Shown in pieces: positions 59,380 through 64,000 of a stretch of 64,000 bases of DNA (the first letter of the stretch is position 1; the number at the start of each line of letters is the position of its first letter). A program made the translations under genes and the position numbers. The notes under the pieces are model-generated. The model worked only from the letters and a program-made list of their open reading frames with translations, was not told the origin of the DNA and made no database searches. The stretch comes from Ostreococcus lucimarinus (taxonomy: Eukaryota). The stretch lies in assembly GCA_000092065.1 (NCBI GenBank), contig CP000592.1. One strand, given 5' to 3'.

Positions 59380-61890
59380 ATGACGGACGTGATCACCATG
59401 TCGTCTTCGTCAGACGATGATCGACCGCCGATCGCACGCGGTGGAGAGGCATCGTCTTCTTCATCGGATGGCGACGCTGGGTTCAATGGAGACGTGTTGG
59501 CGACTGAGTTGGCAAAGATGCCGCTCGCGCTTCGCGCGCAGCTCACCGCCGCGGCCAAGTCTTCGACGAGCACCAACCAGCGCACGCTCGTGAGCGAGTG
59601 GTCGGAGAAGACGAAACTGTCAGTTGATTTGGTAGAAAAAATCTTCGCTTCCTTTGCGAAATCGTCGCGTGCGTCAGCGGAGGCAGCGCGCGAAACCGTC
59701 GCGCGCCTCGCCGCCGCCGACGGAGTCGACTCCGCCGATGGAGACGAGTACTCGCCGGGTGCCGCCGAAGCGGCGACTGCGGATGACGACGCTATGGACG
59801 ACTCGCCGAAAATCCCAGCGTCTAAGCAGCCGGTGCTCGAGGAAGGTGTTCCGTTTCCTGGAATTACTCGAGACGTCTCCGTGGACGTCGCGTGCGGCGA
59901 TCTCAGAGGCGTTCTCGAGCTGAAGAAGGGATACAAGAAACTTCAGGAGCGCGTGCGATGCGAGGGCGAAATGATGACGCCAAGTAAGTTTGAGAGCGAG
60001 GGCGGGCGCGGGTCGGCGAAGAAGTGGAAGATTAGCTTACGCATCGTGCGTTCGGATGGAAAACTCGGGATGACTGTCGGAGACTGGATCGACAGGTACG
60101 GATACCATCCGTCGGGCTTAGTCATAGGTGGGGAGGTGGCCGACGCGCCGGCGCCGCCGAAGGTGAAAAAATCAGCGTTTGAGTCACAGCTAGAGACCTT
60201 ACTCGACTACGATGGGGACATTGCCTTGCGTAGCATCGCTAAATTTGTACGAATGATGCGAGAGACGACCAAGCCTAAGGAACGCGGACTTTTGCTCCAA
60301 GTCATTCGAGGCACGAAAAACAAAGAGTGTTTGCGCCAGTTCGGTCAGTCGGCGGAGATTAAAGGATTAGACACGCTGCAAGATTGGATGGACGACGCTA
60401 AAAGGAAGTTTCAATCCACTCTTTTAGTGAGCATTCTTAGAACATTGAAGATGATTCCAGTTACATTGGACGCGCTCACGCGTACTTCGATCGCCCCGAA
60501 TCTGGGCAAGTTGAAGTCGTACGTGGTGCCAGAGGGTGAAGAGGAGTTTGCCAACACCGAGATGAACACTAAAGTTGTCTTGTTATCCAAGTCGGTCAAG
60601 AACGCGTGGAAAGCGCAAATCACGGCGCCCCACACGGCGCCGGCGCCGGCGCCGAAACCGGCGCCCGTGGTCAACCCGGCGCCCGCGGCGGTGCCCGCGT
60701 CCAAGGCTGTCGAACTCGGTGACGATGACTTGTTCGGTGCGAAGTCGAAAATCTCACCAGCGCCTTCGAAAGCGCCGGTGGTGAAGACCACGGTGACGAA
60801 AATCACGATGGAAAAGAAGGTGGCTCCGCCGAGCGTGACGACGAAGAAACCGAGCGTGAGCGTGAACGATTTGCTCAAGACGAGTTCGCAATCGACGAAG
60901 ATCACCGCACCGCCGGTGAAGACGAAAGAGAAGGCAAAGGACGATGATAAAATCGACGAGAAGACTGGGAAGAAGCGCAAGCGGAAGACGGTGACTTGGG
61001 CGAAGGATGAAAATTTGGAGCAAGTCAGAATCTTTGAGAAGGACGCCAAGCAACCGAAGGAAACGGCTTTCCCAGATCCGACGAGAGACGGTGGGACCGA
61101 TGGCGCAAGCCGCAAGGCGCTCGAGAGGAGAGACAGGGAAGTGGAGGCGGAAAGAAAGGCGGCGGCAAAGCAGCACCAGCGTCGACTCGACGAGATGCGC
61201 GCCACGACAACCTGGCGCCCGCCTCGGCGCATCGAAATTCCTCGTTGGGAAGAGGAAGAGTCGGACAGAGTCCCCGGTGACGAGTCGGAAGAATCCCAGA
61301 GAATTCTTCGCATCGAAGCCGAGAAACCGAGCGTCAAGTACAGGAGTCTGAAAGACATTCCAGACTCTCCGGCGGAGGCGCCGAACGAGGACGCGCAACT
61401 CGACCTCGACAACACGCCAGCCTTCTACATGAAGTTTCAAGAAGAACCGCTGTCTCAAGACAGCGGCGAACCTTCACCCGCGATGCCCCAACAGCTCCAA
61501 ATGCCACAGGCTCCGGGATCGTTACTTCCTCCGAACATCGACTTTGCCGCGCTTCAACGCACGTTGCTCGCCGCCAACGCGCCGCATCAAAACGCCGGTT
61601 ACCAGTACCCCCCGCAGGCGCCTCTTCAACACGCCTTCCCACCACCACCCCCTCAAGCCGCGTACGCACCTCAGCCCCCTTACCAACCCGGCGCGCAACA
61701 GCCCGCGCAGCGACCGACGAAACAGGCGCTCGTCGGCGGCGCCCCCGTGCCCGCGCAGCAGGCGCTCAACCTCAACGGCAAGACGTACCGCGGCGTGTGC
61801 GCCTTCTTCAACACCCCTCGAGGATGCAGCTGGGGAGATAAGTGCGGCTACCTCCACCAAGTCGGCGTCAATCCTCCGTCGACGGGTTGA
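59380..61890 (+). CDS. PNUTS (PPP1R10)-like nuclear PP1 regulator with an extra N-terminal SAND domain. Layout: SAND, TFIIS-N (LW) domain, KRKTVTW PP1-docking motif, C-terminal CCCH zinc finger.
   Basis: SAND: VDVACGDLRGVLELKKGYK...RCEGEMMTPSKFESEGGRGSAKKWKISLRI (TPxxFE...KNWK). TFIIS-N-like: LLQVIRGTKNKECLRQFG...ILRTLKMIPVTLDALTRTSIAPNLGKLKS. PP1 motif: KKRKRKTVTWAKDE (human PNUTS GRKRKSVTWPEE). CCCH: YRGVCAFFNTPRGCSWGDKCGYLHQ. Pro/Gln-rich linker. Confidence 0.65.
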   Translation: MTDVITMSSSSDDDRPPIARGGEASSSSSDGDAGFNGDVLATELAKMPLALRAQLTAAAKSSTSTNQRTLVSEWSEKTKLSVDLVEKIFASFAKSSRASAEAARETVARLAAADGVDSADGDEYSPGAAEAATADDDAMDDSPKIPASKQPVLEEGVPFPGITRDVSVDVACGDLRGVLELKKGYKKLQERVRCEGEMMTPSKFESEGGRGSAKKWKISLRIVRSDGKLGMTVGDWIDRYGYHPSGLVIGGEVADAPAPPKVKKSAFESQLETLLDYDGDIALRSIAKFVRMMRETTKPKERGLLLQVIRGTKNKECLRQFGQSAEIKGLDTLQDWMDDAKRKFQSTLLVSILRTLKMIPVTLDALTRTSIAPNLGKLKSYVVPEGEEEFANTEMNTKVVLLSKSVKNAWKAQITAPHTAPAPAPKPAPVVNPAPAAVPASKAVELGDDDLFGAKSKISPAPSKAPVVKTTVTKITMEKKVAPPSVTTKKPSVSVNDLLKTSSQSTKITAPPVKTKEKAKDDDKIDEKTGKKRKRKTVTWAKDENLEQVRIFEKDAKQPKETAFPDPTRDGGTDGASRKALERRDREVEAERKAAAKQHQRRLDEMRATTTWRPPRRIEIPRWEEEESDRVPGDESEESQRILRIEAEKPSVKYRSLKDIPDSPAEAPNEDAQLDLDNTPAFYMKFQEEPLSQDSGEPSPAMPQQLQMPQAPGSLLPPNIDFAALQRTLLAANAPHQNAGYQYPPQAPLQHAFPPPPPQAAYAPQPPYQPGAQQPAQRPTKQALVGGAPVPAQQALNLNGKTYRGVCAFFNTPRGCSWGDKCGYLHQVGVNPPSTG

Positions 61891-62152
61891 TCCCGCGTCC
61901 GCGACTCGCCCCGCGCCCGCGCCCGCGCCTCCGTCGTCGCGTCCGTTGTCATCGAATCCATCCGAATGTCCGAACCGACGACGAAATTCAAACGCGCGCC
62001 CCGCGACGCCGCACATCGCGCCTCGACGACGCGCGCGCGTCGCGACGCGCGACGCCGGCGCGTCGGGTCGCGCAGCCGCGACATCGCGTCGACCGCGCGC
62101 GTCGCTCGTCGCTCGTCGCGTCGCGTCGTCGTCGCGTCGTCGTCGTCTCTCT

Positions 62153-62196
62153 GATTGATTTGATTTGATTTGATTTGATTTGAGTTGGATTTGAAT
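62153..62196. repeat. (GATTT)5-6 microsatellite, immediately upstream of the CDS starting at 62236.
   Basis: Direct reading: gattgatttgatttgatttgatttgatttgagttggatttgaatcg. Confidence 0.9.
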
Positions 62197-62235
62197 CGAA
62201 GCGAGGAAACGAAGGGCGACGACGACGACGACGGC

Positions 62236-63990
62236 ATGTGGTGCTTCGACGTCGACGCGCGCGTCGAACGAGGCGGCGATGTCACGTCGCAGACGCTGAA
62301 ACACTGCGCGATGGAGCGGCCGCGAAAAGAGGAAGAGACGACGCGGGACGCGAAGACGGGACGGTTTGAATTCGGAAAGATGAGCGACGCGAACGACGCG
62401 GCGACGCCGGGAAGAGCGTTCGCGCTTCGGTTTGGAAGCGGGAAAACGACGCACGAGGCGAAGATAGGGGACGTGAAGGCGATATTTGGGAAGTTTGTGC
62501 GAGAGGGGAAGATGACGGTGGAGACGAAGGACGGGACGCGGGTGCTCGTCAGAGGGTCGCCGGGGGAGTGCGCGAGGTTGATGAAGACGCTGACGACGAT
62601 GAAATCGCAGCCGACGGAGGCGAGACAGGCGTATTTGAGGGGATTGCAACGATGTGCGACGTGCGCGGGGAAGTGCGAGGCGAATGAAAGGAAAATGGCG
62701 GAGCGTCAGGATAAGGCCGCGGCCGCGGCGGCGGCCGCGGCGGAGGCGAGCGCGGAGAAGAGGCGTCGACGAGAGACGGAGGAGGTTGAGCGACGCGCGG
62801 CGAAGGAATCCAAGTTGGAGGACCAGCTTCGCGCGCTGGAGGAGAAAAAGTTAAAGGTGGAATCCACGAAGGCGGAAATCGCGTCGCTGAAGATTGATAT
62901 CGAGGGTGAACGCGACGCGTTGCGACGAGAGAAGGAATCCATCGTTCAACGTCGGCGAGAGCTCGAAGACGAGCGTCGATTACTCGAGCGCCAATCGAGC
63001 GAAGCTGCGGAGGAGAGAGCGAAAATGGAGAGCCAACGTAAACTGGCTGAGATTGAAGGGCAACGGTTGGCGGAAGAGAAGGCTCGAAACGTCGACCGCG
63101 CGCGGGAACTCGCGGAGGAGAAGGAGCGCATCGCCAAGCTCGAGCGAGAGCTCGAGGAAGATCGCGAACGTCTGGCGTTCATGCAAAAGCATCAAAAGAA
63201 CGACGAGTTGCAAGCGCAACGCGTGCGCGAAGAGGCTTCTCGACGCGCGCAAGCTCGAGCGCAGGAAGCTCAAAAGCGCAAGGGAAAACCCGAGGCGATG
63301 TCCCCCGGGAGCTTCTACGGCAAAAAGAAGGCGAAGATAGTCATCGACGACGACGACGACTCTGACGATTCTAGCGCTGAGAAGGAAAATGAAAAGGCCA
63401 CGAACGAGGCTGAGGATGCGCGCCGAAAGGAACGCATCGCGAAACTTCGAAAGGCTGAACTCGAGAGGCAGCTCAAAGAAAAGCTTGCGAGGGAAGAGCT
63501 CGGTCGCAGACAAGCCGAGGCGCAGCAAAAGAAGGAGGCGGCGCGGCGAGCGCAGATGGATTCAAAACTTGAGCGCGAGCGAAAAGCGCGACAAGAAGAA
63601 GAGGCTCGTTCGCACCAAAAATGGAAGTCGCAACAAGCAGAGCAAATTCGCAAAAATTCTCGAGCCAACTCGGTGCCAACGGCGACGAAAGCGATGTGGG
63701 AATCACATCTGACATCGCTCGAAAATCTCAAGTCGCGCGCGGTGGGATCGCTGTGCGAAACCGACATTCCTTGGCCACCGGCGCACAACATCGCTTTCTT
63801 CGCCGGTGCTGATGGCTTGCATGAGAAGAAGAAAAAAGTGACCAAGGCGACGCTGTCGTGGCACCCCGATAAGTTTGAGCAAAAGTACGGCAAGTTACTG
63901 AAAGAAAGCGAAGCGCAAAAGATTAGAACGCGCGTCGCCGCACTGTCCTCCCAGTTCATCGAGCTGAGGCAAGCATTGAACGCGATGTAG
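62236..63990 (+). CDS. Coiled-coil protein with a C-terminal auxilin-like J domain (HPD motif). Function uncertain.
   Basis: The extreme C-terminus NIAFFAGADGLHEKKKKVTKATLSWHPDKFEQKYGKLLKESEAQKIRTRVAALSSQF resembles J-domain helices II-III (KKxYRKAxLxVHPDK ... QQKY) as found in auxilin-like proteins. There is a long Glu/Arg/Lys coiled-coil middle and a compact N-terminal domain. The track start at 62185 is TTG. The first ATG is at 62236, with later candidates. Confidence 0.35.
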   Translation: MWCFDVDARVERGGDVTSQTLKHCAMERPRKEEETTRDAKTGRFEFGKMSDANDAATPGRAFALRFGSGKTTHEAKIGDVKAIFGKFVREGKMTVETKDGTRVLVRGSPGECARLMKTLTTMKSQPTEARQAYLRGLQRCATCAGKCEANERKMAERQDKAAAAAAAAAEASAEKRRRRETEEVERRAAKESKLEDQLRALEEKKLKVESTKAEIASLKIDIEGERDALRREKESIVQRRRELEDERRLLERQSSEAAEERAKMESQRKLAEIEGQRLAEEKARNVDRARELAEEKERIAKLERELEEDRERLAFMQKHQKNDELQAQRVREEASRRAQARAQEAQKRKGKPEAMSPGSFYGKKKAKIVIDDDDDSDDSSAEKENEKATNEAEDARRKERIAKLRKAELERQLKEKLAREELGRRQAEAQQKKEAARRAQMDSKLERERKARQEEEARSHQKWKSQQAEQIRKNSRANSVPTATKAMWESHLTSLENLKSRAVGSLCETDIPWPPAHNIAFFAGADGLHEKKKKVTKATLSWHPDKFEQKYGKLLKESEAQKIRTRVAALSSQFIELRQALNAM

Positions 63991-64000
63991 CACCGACGCC

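Noticed and set aside
185-63812. Dozens of overlapping or antisense ORFs in the track, rich in Arg/Ala/Gly/Ser (for example 185..523, 4123..4617, 5326..6042, 5334..6239, 44827..46029, 50448..51236, 41518..43383, 61522..62649).
   Set aside because: They overlap well-supported genes on the other strand or frame, and they consist of low-complexity Arg/Ala translations expected from random CGN/GCN-rich sequence. No conserved motifs were recognised.
1-64000. Prokaryotic or defence-island interpretation (operons, CRISPR, toxin-antitoxin, phage genes).
   Set aside because: Every confidently identified product is a eukaryotic nuclear protein (PIKKs, ESCRT-III, FACT, U5/U3 snRNP proteins, TOP1 type IB, RPA49, COG1). 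Splice-site-bounded introns are present. No CRISPR repeats, no rRNA or tRNA, and no integrase or transposase-like ORFs were seen.

Overview
This window reads as eukaryotic nuclear DNA, not prokaryotic. It is very GC-rich (roughly two-thirds GC by eye, with pervasive CGN/GCN codons and (CGA)n tracts) and extremely gene-dense, about one gene per 2-2.5 kb on both strands with intergenic gaps of 35-500 bp. It is intron-poor, but the introns present are short (80-151 bp) GT..AG introns. Several encoded proteins are plastid proteins or carry Ala/Arg/Ser/Thr-rich transit-peptide-like N-termini: Psb27 of photosystem II, a D27-type beta-carotene isomerase, a CRTISO-like carotenoid isomerase and the SAL1/FRY1 PAP phosphatase. 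The source is therefore most likely a compact-genome green alga of the Mamiellophyceae type (Micromonas/Ostreococcus-like). That assignment is inference from sequence style and gene content only.

I can support about 29 protein-coding genes. The centre of the window is two giant single-ORF PI3K-related kinase genes in tandem on the + strand. One is a DNA-PKcs (PRKDC) homologue of about 3,900 aa and the other an ATM homologue of about 3,050 aa. Both show unmistakable C-terminal kinase plus FATC domains. The window also holds a notable set of genome-maintenance and chromatin genes: TOP1, RAD51C, SPT16/FACT, BMS1, Sof1/DCAF13 and METTL16.

The most unusual single locus is a DsbA/FrnE-like thioredoxin-fold gene at 39601-40437. 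Its conserved N-terminal active-site region continues in frame upstream of the ORF-track start, straight through a TGA codon that sits exactly where the first Cys of the CPWC motif should be. I read this as a candidate selenocysteine (UGA-Sec) selenoprotein, not as a truncated gene.

Four genes are split by short introns that the ORF track misses: CHMP2/VPS2, DIM1/TXNL4A, a CS/p23-domain gene, and very probably 5' mini-exons of both DNA-PKcs and ATM. The ORF-track starts of several genes are non-ATG codons (GTG/TTG), which the tool displays as M.

No rRNA, tRNA, CRISPR array, transposon or prokaryote-style defence island is visible. The many overlapping Arg/Ala-rich antisense ORFs in the track are GC-composition artefacts.
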